A DNA stretch of 28,032 nt, from IMG/VR virus record IMGVR_UViG_648276649_000002; one strand, 5' to 3'. The DNA is from a virus (Duplodnaviria > Heunggongvirae > Uroviricota > Caudoviricetes). The notes under the pieces were generated by a model. The model had not been told where the DNA came from and did no database searches. It saw nothing but the letters and a program-made list of their open reading frames with translations. The translations under genes were made by a program, and so were the position numbers. This document shows positions 19,045 through 28,032 of the stretch, piece by piece (the first letter of the stretch is position 1; the number at the start of each line of letters is the position of its first letter).

Positions 19045-19065
19045 GCTCGTATCCCCGCCACGCCT
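19045..19065. other. candidate cos (cohesive end) site
   Basis: - strand reads GGCGTGGCGGGGAtacgagcg; first 13 nt match my recollection of the 186/P2 cohesive end. Confidence 0.45.
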
Positions 19066-19443
19066 GCCCGCTTTATGCAGTGGTTTTCATGCACATGCAT
19101 GACATGAGCAAAAGCCCGCCAGTTCTGGCGGATCTGAGCAAAGACGATCCTCAATCGATCATGCGATTTCATGCAGCATAGTCATGCACTGTCAAGGAAG
19201 TGAAAATCCGTATCTGAATGGCCACTTGAAAAACGGATCATACGGGTTTACAAAGATGAATGTTCGCTGTGAACGGGAAGCGGAAGTTAACTTTCAGATA
19301 ACATAATCCATATGCACGAGAACCTCTAAAATAGAATGGGACACCTAAGCGGGGTACTTACAACGATTCTTTCCATATTCACAGTTAACACTCTGTTTGG
19401 CGTATTTTTATTCAAATAGCAAACACCAATAAAAGGAGTTTCC

Positions 19444-19779
19444 ATGAACAATATTCCCCCTATACCACAGTTAGGAATTTATGTCTCAAAAATCGATCCC
19501 ACCCTACGTATCACTGTAACCGATGTTGATATTGTTGATGGTGAGGATGATTCTCCTGATGATGAATTGTTTTATTTAGTCCACTGGATCGAGGGGGAAG
19601 ATGAAAGTGATATGACAGCAATGGGATTTGAGCTAGACCCAGTAGAGTGGCAGGCTTTCGTTGAATCTGAGCAATTAGTGTTTGAGCGTGATCCGTACAT
19701 GGATTCAATCCCCGAAAATTCAAACTTGGCAAAGATTCGGGATTTTCTCATGAAGACTAAACAGAATGATCATTCGTAA
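19444..19779 (+). CDS. hypothetical small acidic protein
   Basis: 111-aa ORF with AAAAGGAG 7 nt upstream of ATG; very Asp/Glu-rich; sits where P2 carries old/tin. Confidence 0.6.
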   Translation: MNNIPPIPQLGIYVSKIDPTLRITVTDVDIVDGEDDSPDDELFYLVHWIEGEDESDMTAMGFELDPVEWQAFVESEQLVFERDPYMDSIPENSNLAKIRDFLMKTKQNDHS

Positions 19780-19971
19780 GTGTAAGCATCCATCAGGAAA
19801 ATGGTTTTGTAAGTGAATCATCAACTTTTAGAGAGTCTCAGACACTCCCACTTCTGCTTCTGACACAAAGCGGACGATCACTTATCAAAATAACCGCCCA
19901 CCTTACGCCTTATTTCACTCATTGCCCAAACTAGCCCCCATCAGAATGAATCCTCCTGGGGGCAACATTTC

Positions 19972-20205
19972 TTAATGCAGCCAGCTGTCGTCCTCCCACA
20001 CCTTCTGCATAATTTTCATCACTTGTTTTCTTTCTTCATCCAGTTGCAGTCCGGTTAGTTCCACACCGTTAGAGCTACCTTTGCGAATGCGAATTACCGT
20101 TTTGGGATACAGGGGGCGCAGATTGCGGTAAAGCTCGGATTCAAGTGCGTCCAGGGTAGACTGGCTAATCTTCTGCTCTTTATCGATCATTATTTCAATG
20201 CGCAT
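19972..20205 (-). CDS. DinI-family protein (Tum C-terminal-domain-like)
   Basis: 78-aa product from ATG 20205 (MRIEIMIDKEQ...VWEDDSWLH) resembles DinI; GAGGTGA upstream. Confidence 0.8.
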   Translation of the reverse strand: MRIEIMIDKEQKISQSTLDALESELYRNLRPLYPKTVIRIRKGSSNGVELTGLQLDEERKQVMKIMQKVWEDDSWLH

Positions 20206-20215
20206 AAAAGTCACC

Positions 20216-20404
20216 TCAGCTGATGACATCCATTGAGCGGTTGTATTCGTGGCTTCTGATTTTTGCCATGAGTTCATCAGTCAATTCAGAAACCCACTGC
20301 AGAGCCAGCCCCTTCTCTTCATCACTACACTCACTAGCCGCTACAAGCTTAAGAAAAAAATCAATGCGCTGGAGCTTCAAAGACTCCAAAAAATAGTCCT
20401 GCAT
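20216..20404 (-). CDS. small protein co-transcribed with the DinI-like gene; possible Tum N-terminal part
   Basis: 62-aa ORF with GGAGG 5 nt upstream of ATG 20404; its stop overlaps the DinI RBS. Confidence 0.5.
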   Translation of the reverse strand: MQDYFLESLKLQRIDFFLKLVAASECSDEEKGLALQWVSELTDELMAKIRSHEYNRSMDVIS

Positions 20405-20445
20405 CTTTCCTCCTATGACACCAAAACAATACTGTATGCATAACC

Positions 20446-20461
20446 ACTGTTTATATTTACA
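20446..20461. promoter_or_regulatory. LexA box (SOS operator)
   Basis: aCTGTttatatttACAGta fits CTGT-N8-ACAG with AT-rich spacer, 42 nt upstream of the small ORF start. Confidence 0.6.
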
Positions 20462-20556
20462 GTATATAATAATCTTACTGATGTAAAACGTTTTTTTACG
20501 TTCATCGGCCTGATATGCCTGGTATTATTAAGAGCACGAATTGTTAACCCGCGTAA

Positions 20557-22971
20557 TTAATACAGGTTCCGCCACTTATCATCTTCCTTCAGACGCTGGT
20601 TCCGATAGAAGATACGCAGGCCTGCTCCTGACGGAATACTGCCGCCGCGAAGGAGCAAATCGACTTCTTTCTCGCTGCCATCAAATCCCCTGGACTTCAG
20701 TTCATAGACGAGCTGCTGTCGCTGATGGTCTGTAATTCGCTGTTTGTAGTCTTTACGCCGTTTCGGTTTCACCTGGCGTAACCTTGCAGCCAGTTCCCGG
20801 CGCTCTTTTTTGCTCATACTGTGCAGGTAATCGTGCAACTCTTTGTCATTCATACGGGTAATATCCGTTCTGGAGTCCCCATCAGCTGATTTGTCTTTCC
20901 CTTGTTGGTTCAAATTTTCAGCAAGGGGACAGTTATTGCCACGAGTCCAAGGGGCGCAAGCGCCCTGGTCGGCTGCCGCCTCCTGAACGTCAACGGCCTT
21001 ACGAACCATTTTCCACTTCACTGCATGAGTGCAGATCTTGCCCTCTGCAATGGGTGACCAGATGCCATAAATACGAATACCGTGATCACCATAGGCGGTC
21101 GGCTCTTCGTTGATTTCATAAGCGGTTCTGATCAAGTGATATTTGCGGGGAACCAACACGCCGCCCTGCTTCATAATGTAGGTGGCAAAACAGCCAGCAT
21201 CAGCAGCAGCCAGAATGGCATCAAGACGCGGATCATCCAGTACCGGCGCACCTGCTTTTTTGTCACCCTGCTGCCTTGCCGCCTGACCAGCCAGCAATCG
21301 CAGTTCACGGTAAGCCTGACGCCCCGGAATGCCAAAGAAGCGGAATTGCTGAACACGATGCAGAGACGCCCAGGCATTAACGTATTCAGCGTTATCACGC
21401 AGGGATTTACCCGTTTCCTTGCTGATCTCGCCAGCCAGACCACGCCCGTCAATGTTCTTACTGATGTATTTCGCGATGTAGCTTGTCGGCGTTCCTTTGC
21501 GCGGGTTAATCAGCTCAGACTTAAAGCGTGGCCCCGTGTTATTGCCCAGTTCCTCGCGGTCTTCACGGATGGCAAACTTACGCAGTAATGCAGTGATGGC
21601 GCGGCGGTCTTTTTTACGCATGAAGCACATGAGATGCCAGTGCACAGTACCGTCATGATGCGGCTCAGCCACCCGCACGCCATACCACCGCAATCCGGCT
21701 TTGTGCATCGCCTTACGAAATGCAGCAAACATGCCGACCAGATAATCACTGCTTTGTCTTACCGTCGCATTTGTCCAGGTCGGGTTTGGTCTGCCGTTAT
21801 TGAGCGTGGAATGGAAACGTGACGGACAGGTGATGGTGTAGAAAACGGCGCAGTCACCGCGCATTTCCGCGATAAGCTCCAGACCTTTAACGCAGGCCAT
21901 CATCTCATTGCGGCGATGTGCCGGGTTGCTGCTGCTGGCGTTTACCACATCTTCCATATCCAGCGTGTCTCCGTCTTCGTTCACCAGTTCATGAGAACGG
22001 AAAAACTCCAGCGACTTGCGGCGCTGCTCACGTTTATGCGTCACTGCTTCATAGCTGACATAGGGAGATGCTTTTTTGCTGACCAGACAGACAGCACGCA
22101 ACTGCTCTTCCCGCCATTCGCAACGCATCTTCCACAATTTTCGATACCACCAGTCGGCGCAAAGCATACGTGCCAGCGAACCCGGTATGAGTTCATAGGG
22201 CACAGGTTTGCGGCGGTTTCTTTTCCGACGAAGTTTCTCAAACGCAGGCGGGATAACATCCAGACGCAGGGTTTCCGCAGCCACCTTTTCCCATGTCTTG
22301 CGGATTTCTTCTGGCTTAACGTCATCGGTGGCGTACAAATCACCACAAGCGGCCTCAAGACACATGCTCATATGCGCTGCTACCAGGGTGGACAGGCGTT
22401 TCACCTGATCCTGGCTCATTTCAGGCAGGATCAGCAGCCCCTCCAGCCCTTGATGGCTTGCCATAAAACGGAAAGAAACAGATAGCTGACTGTCACGTAC
22501 ACAATCCAGTCGCTCCAGACATGGCTTAATCGTCTCACGCAAATAGCGGGAATAAGCCTTTGGCCTGCCCAGGCTGCTGAAGTATTCGATACGTTGCATC
22601 AGCGGCTTGCTGATATGAGAAGGCTGGGCGCTGACATCTGCCAGAATGACCATGTCCGGGTTAAAACGCTGCTGCTCATGCGCCAGCTTTGCCCGGCTAA
22701 TGAGCTTATCCTGCTCCATTTCGCGCTGGACAGGATCACGGGATTCATTAAAGAAATAACGCTCCCAGACCTGCTCACTCAGTGCCTCGCGGCGCAGTTG
22801 TTCCTGCTCGTTATCGGCAGCGTACAGAGTGATCAGGTTTGAAAGTGCAGACTCCGGCGCAACTTCCGCCGGATCCAGATAAGGGTTAATGGCCTTTTTC
22901 GGGCCGTTCCATGAAAATGCTGCGGCAGCCTCGTTAAAGCCGCTAGAGTTGCTCATATCGTCATGACTCAT
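20557..22971 (-). CDS. A: replication initiation protein A (rolling-circle nickase)
   Basis: 804-aa ORF, P2 gpA-like size and position; overlaps the dam stop. Confidence 0.9.
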   Translation of the reverse strand: MSHDDMSNSSGFNEAAAAFSWNGPKKAINPYLDPAEVAPESALSNLITLYAADNEQEQLRREALSEQVWERYFFNESRDPVQREMEQDKLISRAKLAHEQQRFNPDMVILADVSAQPSHISKPLMQRIEYFSSLGRPKAYSRYLRETIKPCLERLDCVRDSQLSVSFRFMASHQGLEGLLILPEMSQDQVKRLSTLVAAHMSMCLEAACGDLYATDDVKPEEIRKTWEKVAAETLRLDVIPPAFEKLRRKRNRRKPVPYELIPGSLARMLCADWWYRKLWKMRCEWREEQLRAVCLVSKKASPYVSYEAVTHKREQRRKSLEFFRSHELVNEDGDTLDMEDVVNASSSNPAHRRNEMMACVKGLELIAEMRGDCAVFYTITCPSRFHSTLNNGRPNPTWTNATVRQSSDYLVGMFAAFRKAMHKAGLRWYGVRVAEPHHDGTVHWHLMCFMRKKDRRAITALLRKFAIREDREELGNNTGPRFKSELINPRKGTPTSYIAKYISKNIDGRGLAGEISKETGKSLRDNAEYVNAWASLHRVQQFRFFGIPGRQAYRELRLLAGQAARQQGDKKAGAPVLDDPRLDAILAAADAGCFATYIMKQGGVLVPRKYHLIRTAYEINEEPTAYGDHGIRIYGIWSPIAEGKICTHAVKWKMVRKAVDVQEAAADQGACAPWTRGNNCPLAENLNQQGKDKSADGDSRTDITRMNDKELHDYLHSMSKKERRELAARLRQVKPKRRKDYKQRITDHQRQQLVYELKSRGFDGSEKEVDLLLRGGSIPSGAGLRIFYRNQRLKEDDKWRNLY

Positions 22972-23825
22972 ACACGCACCTCGTACACAGCAGAACTATC
23001 CACGCCACGCGAAGGATCAAATCCCATCCAGCAGCGCGACCCGGAAACAGCAATGATTTCTGTTGCAGATTTACTCTCGCCAGCTGACACGCCGATGCTG
23101 CGTTTTGCCTTGATGTAGTGGTGAGTGAAATTGCGATACAGCGAACGGATCAGGGATGTGTCACTGTTAGAAACAATGACCGGATGACCTTCTGATGATC
23201 GATATTCAAGAACGGATGCCAGGTGATACTGGTCATCTTCAGTGAAGCCGTCAGTGTGATAACCGGAAAACGTGCCGTCATACGGCGGATCGCAATACAC
23301 CACATCCCCCGCCTTCAACATCGCCAGCGTTTCATCAAAGCTGGCGCAGATAAACGTTGCCCGCTGGGCTTTTTCTGCAAATGCGCGAATTTCTTTTTCA
23401 GGGAAATACGGATTTTTATAATTACCGTAGGGAATGTTGAAATGCCCGCTCTTGTTATAGCGACATAACCCACGGTAACCATGACGATTGAGATACAGGA
23501 AATATATCGCTTTCATGAAATCAGTAATTTCAGTTGAGTAATTAAACTCCTGCCTTATGTTGTAATAAGCTAGGTCACTGTTTGCTTCCTCAAACAAAGT
23601 TCTGGTCCGCGATATAAACGCCTCGCAATCAGCGGCAATCTTTTTATAGAGGTTGATTAAATCAGGATTAATATCCGCAACCAGATAGCTGGGGTAATCC
23701 GTCTCCATCATCACAGCACAGGAACCCGCGAAAGGTTCAACCAGTCGCGGGCCAGCAGGTAGGTATTTTTTCAGTTCGGACATAATTGCGGTTTTATTTC
23801 CCGCCCATTTCAGGATGGTGCTCAT
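22968..23825 (-). CDS. dam: DNA adenine methyltransferase (Dam-like, GATC family)
   Basis: ATG 23825; [12 protein letters not shown]-terminus, FAGSCAV SAM-binding motif and DPPY catalytic motif. Confidence 0.9.
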   Translation of the reverse strand: MSTILKWAGNKTAIMSELKKYLPAGPRLVEPFAGSCAVMMETDYPSYLVADINPDLINLYKKIAADCEAFISRTRTLFEEANSDLAYYNIRQEFNYSTEITDFMKAIYFLYLNRHGYRGLCRYNKSGHFNIPYGNYKNPYFPEKEIRAFAEKAQRATFICASFDETLAMLKAGDVVYCDPPYDGTFSGYHTDGFTEDDQYHLASVLEYRSSEGHPVIVSNSDTSLIRSLYRNFTHHYIKAKRSIGVSAGESKSATEIIAVSGSRCWMGFDPSRGVDSSAVYEVRV

Positions 23826-24049
23826 ACAGCACCTCCGTTGTAATGTTTGCCTTTCAGCTCTGCGATTTCCTGACAGGTAATGCAAAGCTGCACTCCAGGA
23901 ATGGCACGGCGGCGTGCTGGCGGAATTGGTGCTTCACATTCAATGCAAAGCACGCGAGACACGCCCGGTGTTTTGGCACGGGCAGCACGGATATGGCGCT
24001 GGCGTTCTTCTTCAACGCGCTGCTGTACGAGATCCATTGCATCAGCCAT
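23822..24049 (-). CDS. TraR/DksA-family C4 zinc-finger protein
   Basis: 75-aa ORF with CIECEAPIP...CITCQ four-Cys motif. Confidence 0.75.
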   Translation of the reverse strand: MADAMDLVQQRVEEERQRHIRAARAKTPGVSRVLCIECEAPIPPARRRAIPGVQLCITCQEIAELKGKHYNGGAV

Positions 24050-24288
24050 TAGTGGATCTCCTGCGCTTCGTTCTGGATTGCTTCAGCGGTCACACGCAGC
24101 AGTTCTGCTGCTTCGACGTGGTTTAGCTGGCGGGATGTGATATGACACGCCAGGCTATCAAGGCGGGCAGCCATTGCCTCAGCCCTTGCCCGACGTTCTT
24201 CAAGTCGGGCCTCTGTCAGTAAAAGATTAAGACCTGCATCATCCGGTCCGGTTTTAGTCGTGAGGGTTTCAATATTACGCATAATCAA
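24049..24288 (-). CDS. hypothetical early-operon protein
   Basis: 79-aa ORF translationally coupled (TAATG) to the TraR-like gene. Confidence 0.5.
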   Translation of the reverse strand: MIMRNIETLTTKTGPDDAGLNLLLTEARLEERRARAEAMAARLDSLACHITSRQLNHVEAAELLRVTAEAIQNEAQEIH

Positions 24289-24349
24289 TTCTCCTGAATT
24301 TAGATAAAGAGATGCCCGGCGGGTTTACGCCATGAATTTTATTTATTGG

Positions 24350-24691
24350 TTAATTCGGCATGGTTAGCCGTCTGGGAAATAAGCTCACCACTGCACGAAA
24401 ATGATTCATTGCTTTAATCAACTCCCGCTTTTCGTCAGTGGTCAGCTCATTAATGCTGATGCTATGACGTTCAGCTGGAATTTTTGCCATAAAGAATATG
24501 GCAGCCAGTGCTCGTTTATTTTGTTCGTTATTGATATCCCGTGGATCACGCATATCTTTAATAAACCGCTCAAGCTCTGACTCAATATTCAGGCCAAATA
24601 CTTTCGCCCTTAACTCCGCAATGTGATTAAGTCCATTCAGGCGTTCACCGGGGCTTAATGGAACAGTCGCCGCAGCGCCATTAATTGCCAT
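24350..24691 (-). CDS. hypothetical early-operon protein
   Basis: 113-aa ORF, same strand as the early operon, somewhat AT-rich. Confidence 0.5.
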   Translation of the reverse strand: MAINGAAATVPLSPGERLNGLNHIAELRAKVFGLNIESELERFIKDMRDPRDINNEQNKRALAAIFFMAKIPAERHSISINELTTDEKRELIKAMNHFRAVVSLFPRRLTMPN

Positions 24692-24713
24692 AATTCATAT
24701 CCTCAAAACGCAA

Positions 24714-24938
24714 CTATCGTTCTTTGTTCTTACGGTAACGTTCAAGAGGAGATACATTTTTTCGTATCGTTTCTTTAACCTGCTCTCCCCGTAAAAACGT
24801 CCCATCCCTTAGCGTGAAAAAGTAACTGCCATCGCCCGACAACGACGGATAACAACAGAGCAAATCATCTTCAGGTACTGAATAACTTTCCCCTCTGTAA
24901 CGAAACTGATAAACCACTTCACTTGCCGCTGCATACAT
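24714..24938 (-). CDS. hypothetical small early protein
   Basis: 74-aa ORF with GGAG 9-12 nt upstream of ATG 24938. Confidence 0.45.
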   Translation of the reverse strand: MYAAASEVVYQFRYRGESYSVPEDDLLCCYPSLSGDGSYFFTLRDGTFLRGEQVKETIRKNVSPLERYRKNKER

Positions 24939-25105
24939 TTTGACTTTCTCCGTTTCCTCGTGGTCAATTCAGACAGCAATTCATCTTGTGAATGACATGG
25001 ATGCCAGCGTTTACCATCCTCACCCATGATCCAGCCGTGACCGTAGTGCATTGCCGGGCTTTGTTTTACCAGCAGCGATGCAAATGATGGTTCTTTCGTC
25101 AGCAT
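24809..25105 (-). CDS. hypothetical small early protein in the 186 fil/dhr position; 3' end overlaps the next ORF
   Basis: ATG 25105 with GAGGTG overlapping the cII stop; frame stays open to 24809. Confidence 0.35.
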   Translation of the reverse strand: MLTKEPSFASLLVKQSPAMHYGHGWIMGEDGKRWHPCHSQDELLSELTTRKRRKSKCMQRQVKWFISFVTEGKVIQYLKMICSVVIRRCRAMAVTFSR

Positions 25106-25112
25106 AAGCACC

Positions 25113-25631
25113 TCACAGCAAACCGAATGAAGCACCGAGGCCAGTTACGGTATCAACTGCACTCGCCATCGCAGGGTTAGCCTGTAAACGGGCCTGCAAT
25201 GAAACAGCAGCCAGTGCCATCAGTCGTGTTACAGAGTTAATGCTGCTGATGGCATCACGACGACCTGCACTGGTTTTTACATCGCCAGATACCGCACCTG
25301 CAGCAACACGCCCGATCTCTGCGGTTGCACTCATGACGTAATGTGGCAGTTTCTCTTTTGCCACCTCATTAATCGGTACACATGGCAGACAATGAATCTG
25401 TGCCAGAAAACCGTCTACCAGCGTTGAATCTTCAGTCAGATCGGTAAGCAGCCAGATTTCTGGTGCGGTTAATAAATGAGGTTGAGCTGGGTTCAGCTTG
25501 TTCCGCAGAATCTGCACATTCATGCCTGCACGTTCTGCCAGTTGCACCAGGTTGTGGCGCAGTGCGAATGCACGACAGGCTTCATCAAAATGTGGATGTT
25601 TGGAAACTTGGTAATCAAACATGGTTTTCAA
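25113..25631 (-). CDS. cII: CII-like lysogeny establishment activator (186 type)
   Basis: [24 protein letters not shown]...[17 protein letters not shown] closely resembles my recollection of 186 CII. Confidence 0.85.
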   Translation of the reverse strand: MKTMFDYQVSKHPHFDEACRAFALRHNLVQLAERAGMNVQILRNKLNPAQPHLLTAPEIWLLTDLTEDSTLVDGFLAQIHCLPCVPINEVAKEKLPHYVMSATAEIGRVAAGAVSGDVKTSAGRRDAISSINSVTRLMALAAVSLQARLQANPAMASAVDTVTGLGASFGLL

Positions 25632-25686
25632 CTCCGAACTTATCGCAAAATCGAACTCAGCGTCTTATTGTGAAAATAGACGTCTA

Positions 25687-25890
25687 TTAAGCAGACAAAG
25701 CATCAACAGTCAGAGCAGCCAGGTTAATCATTACCTTTTCACGTTTTTTGTCTTTACGAAGACGATGACGAGGTAGTCGGCCATCAGCCAACATGTCGTT
25801 AATCGTATCAATAGAAAGGCCAGTCAGTTCGCTATAACGTTCGATTGTGACATGTGGTGTATTCAGAGTAATTGAAATGTTAGGTGTCAT
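25687..25890 (-). CDS. apl: Apl-like excisionase/repressor with HTH
   Basis: 67-aa first gene of the lytic operon; [27 protein letters not shown]-like segment; AAGGAA RBS. Confidence 0.65.
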   Translation of the reverse strand: MTPNISITLNTPHVTIERYSELTGLSIDTINDMLADGRLPRHRLRKDKKREKVMINLAALTVDALSA

Positions 25891-25912
25891 AAGGCAACAT
25901 TCCTTCTAGATA
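25884..25912 (+). promoter_or_regulatory. candidate lysogenic promoter pL (faces pR)
   Basis: GTGTCA, 17-nt spacer, TAGATA on the + strand. Confidence 0.3.
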
Positions 25913-25979
25913 TGGCTTGTGGCGAGCCGTTGTTTGTCGTGATTAGTAGTGAAGGCTCCAAAAGAACACTTCTGGTTCA

Positions 25980-26008
25980 ACTTTAAGATCGCTTTTGGAA
26001 TCTGTCAA
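25980..26008 (-). promoter_or_regulatory. candidate early lytic promoter pR
   Basis: - strand TTGACA, 17-nt spacer, TAAAGT, directed into apl-cII. Confidence 0.5.
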
Positions 26009-26035
26009 CGAATTTTGGATTTCTTTGGAGGACTT

Positions 26036-26605
26036 GTGGATTTCAATAGCGGCGGTAAGAAAGCCATAGAACGTTTAGTTGAAGCATATGGGTTCGGTAC
26101 CCGTCAGGCTCTCTGTGATCATTTAGGTGTTTCTAAGAGCACCATGGCAACGCGCTATATGCGTGATATTTTTCCAGCAGATTGGGTAATCCAGTGCGCC
26201 CTTGAAACGGGCACCTCGCTTAATTGGCTAACAACAGGGCATGGTTCAAAGCAAGCATCAGCAAATACAAATACTATAGAAGTAGAAAAATATTTATTGT
26301 CTGATGGAGCATTGCAGAAAGACGGTTTTTATATTTTTGATAAGGGATTTCTACCCTCTACGTTTAAAAAACCTTTTGTCATCACAGATAACAATTCTGA
26401 ATTTATTTGTGATAAAGAATTTGATGATATACGTGATGGTAAATGGGTAATAAGTATTGATGGCGAAATAACGATCCGTGACATTACTCGTTTACCCGGT
26501 GGAAGAATCTTCGTCGAGGGTGGAAACAGAGCCTTCGAATGCAAGATAGAAGACATTGAAATAATTGGTAAAATTATAAGTTTAACAGTCAAGTATGTTA
26601 AATAG
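26036..26605 (+). CDS. cI: CI-like immunity repressor (186 type)
   Basis: GTG start 26036 after GGAGGA; LVEAYGF...CALETGTSLNWLTTG and C-terminal ITIRDITRLPGGRIFVEGG resemble 186 CI. Confidence 0.85.
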   Translation: MDFNSGGKKAIERLVEAYGFGTRQALCDHLGVSKSTMATRYMRDIFPADWVIQCALETGTSLNWLTTGHGSKQASANTNTIEVEKYLLSDGALQKDGFYIFDKGFLPSTFKKPFVITDNNSEFICDKEFDDIRDGKWVISIDGEITIRDITRLPGGRIFVEGGNRAFECKIEDIEIIGKIISLTVKYVK

Positions 26606-26620
26606 TACCGGGAGGAAACT

Positions 26621-26812
26621 ATGCTTGGTAAGGTATTTTTTGTGGTTTTGTCATGTTCTTTGTTATTAAACCCACTAACTACCTATGCTAGAAATTATCC
26701 CTGCTCAGGGAAAAAGGGAGGTGTTTCTCACTGTACCTCAGATGGCAAATTCGTTTGCAATGATGGAACTATTAGTAAATCCAAAAAAATCTGTACTAAA
26801 AACTCACGATAA
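26621..26812 (+). CDS. small Cys-rich secreted protein (cargo)
   Basis: 63-aa ORF with GGGAGG RBS, N-terminal signal peptide, four Cys, Lys-rich, AT-rich. Confidence 0.55.
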   Translation: MLGKVFFVVLSCSLLLNPLTTYARNYPCSGKKGGVSHCTSDGKFVCNDGTISKSKKICTKNSR

Positions 26813-27000
26813 CTTTTGCTTTTATATCTGCGTCTAAAATAAAAATGAGCCGCATGTTAACCGCAAAAGTTACATGCTCACATAGCAAAAAGAATAGCCA
26901 ACTTCATTATGGCTTCAGTGAGATGTATGGTCGTAGGATTTCATACATTGACACTGGTTATACATACAGTAAAAATGCTCTCTACTGGAGGGCATTTTTT

Positions 27001-28032
27001 ATGGCAGTACGAAAACTCACCACAGGGAAATGGCTTTGCGAATGTTACCCCGCCGGAAGAAGTGGGCGTCGTGTGCGTAAACAATTCGCCACCAAAGGCG
27101 AAGCTCTGGCTTTTGAGCGTCACACGATGGAAGAAACCGAATCAAAGCCCTGGCTGGGCGAATCAGTGGATCGTCGAACCCTGAAAGACGTGGTTGAGCT
27201 ATGGTTCAAATTACATGGTAAATCTCTGACTGCTGGGCAGCATGTCTATGACAAATTGCTGCTGATGGTTGACGCTCTAGGCAATCCTCTTGCAACCAAT
27301 CTCACCTCTAAAATGTTTGCCCACTATCGAGATAAACGCCTGACAGGTGAGATCTACTTCAGCGAGAAATGGAAGAAAGGAGCCAGCCCGGTCACCATTA
27401 ACCTGGAGCAAAGCTATCTAAGTAGTGTTTTTAGCGAACTATCCCGCCTGGGCGAATGGTCGTATCCAAACCCACTGGAGAACATGCGAAAATTCACCAT
27501 CGCAGAAAAAGAGATGGCATGGCTTACCCATGAGCAGATTGTTGAATTGCTGGCTGATTGCAAACGTCAGGACCCAATTCTGGCACTGGTAGTTAAGATA
27601 TGCTTAAGCACAGGCGCACGTTGGCGTGAAGCCGTAAATCTTACCCGCTCACAGGTGACCAAATACCGAATTACCTTTGTAAGAACGAAGGGGAAGAAAA
27701 ACAGAAGCATCCCTATCAGTAAAGAGCTTTACGAAGAGATCATGGCGCTTGATGGGTTCAATTTCTTTACAGACTGCTATTTTCAATTTTTATCCGTGAT
27801 GGAAAAAACGTCTATCGTGCTCCCTCGCGGTCAACTGACACACGTTCTGCGCCATACGTTTGCGGCGCACTTCATGATGTCGGGTGGAAATATCCTGGCC
27901 TTACAAAAAATTCTCGGGCATCACGATATAAAAATGACTATGCGTTACGCACATCTGGCACCGGATCACCTGGAAACTGCATTACGGTTTAATCCGCTGG
28001 CAACACTACCAACATCAATAGCAAGTTTTTGA
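27001..28032 (+). CDS. int: tyrosine integrase
   Basis: ATG 27001 with GGAGGG 8 nt upstream; C-terminal R...HxxR...Y signature (ARWREA, HVLRHTFA, MRYAHL); stop at the window end. Confidence 0.9.
   Translation: MAVRKLTTGKWLCECYPAGRSGRRVRKQFATKGEALAFERHTMEETESKPWLGESVDRRTLKDVVELWFKLHGKSLTAGQHVYDKLLLMVDALGNPLATNLTSKMFAHYRDKRLTGEIYFSEKWKKGASPVTINLEQSYLSSVFSELSRLGEWSYPNPLENMRKFTIAEKEMAWLTHEQIVELLADCKRQDPILALVVKICLSTGARWREAVNLTRSQVTKYRITFVRTKGKKNRSIPISKELYEEIMALDGFNFFTDCYFQFLSVMEKTSIVLPRGQLTHVLRHTFAAHFMMSGGNILALQKILGHHDIKMTMRYAHLAPDHLETALRFNPLATLPTSIASF

Larger units (their letters stand above)
2767..28032. mobile_element. P2/186-family prophage, apparently defective; left boundary approximate, right att site beyond the window
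   Basis: contiguous canonical P2-like gene order from ogr to int; host genes only to the left of about 2.7 kb. Confidence 0.85.

Noticed and set aside
20431-20448. Second LexA-like half-site CTGTatgcataaCCAC
   Set aside because: Right half does not match ACAG; only the 20446-20461 box fits the consensus.
21916-22485. 189-aa + strand ORF
   Set aside because: Embedded antisense within replication gene A.
1-28032. CRISPR array or large repeat family
   Set aside because: No spaced direct repeats seen; only short hairpins and the two TGT-N12-ACA dyads recur.

Overview
This window is the edge of an Escherichia/Shigella-type chromosome (grxA, ybjM, ybjL at 1-2620) followed by one end-to-end P2/186-family prophage running from about 2.7 kb to the window end. 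The prophage keeps the canonical gene order: ogr, the D-U-T-E-FII tail operon, S-R-lysis-capsid genes L/M/N/O, terminase P and portal Q, a cos site, an SOS-controlled DinI/tum-like module, replication gene A, and a 186-type CII-Apl-CI switch with the integrase ending at 28032. All calls rest on reading the translated ORFs and DNA motifs by eye against remembered P2/186 proteins; no search was run. The prophage looks defective: the region from inside baseplate gene V to inside sheath gene FI is missing, and the tape measure is about 300 aa short and lies in the same frame as E'. Several AT-rich cargo genes sit in the conserved backbone. The most interesting is a 334-aa single-gene RelA/SpoT-like nucleotidyltransferase (toxSAS-like) between the portal gene and cos, which is my best candidate for a defence system. 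Others are a 288-aa antisense moron with a possible HEPN motif between S and V', a small acidic protein next to cos, a Dam methylase, and a small Cys-rich secreted protein. No tRNA, rRNA or CRISPR array was seen.
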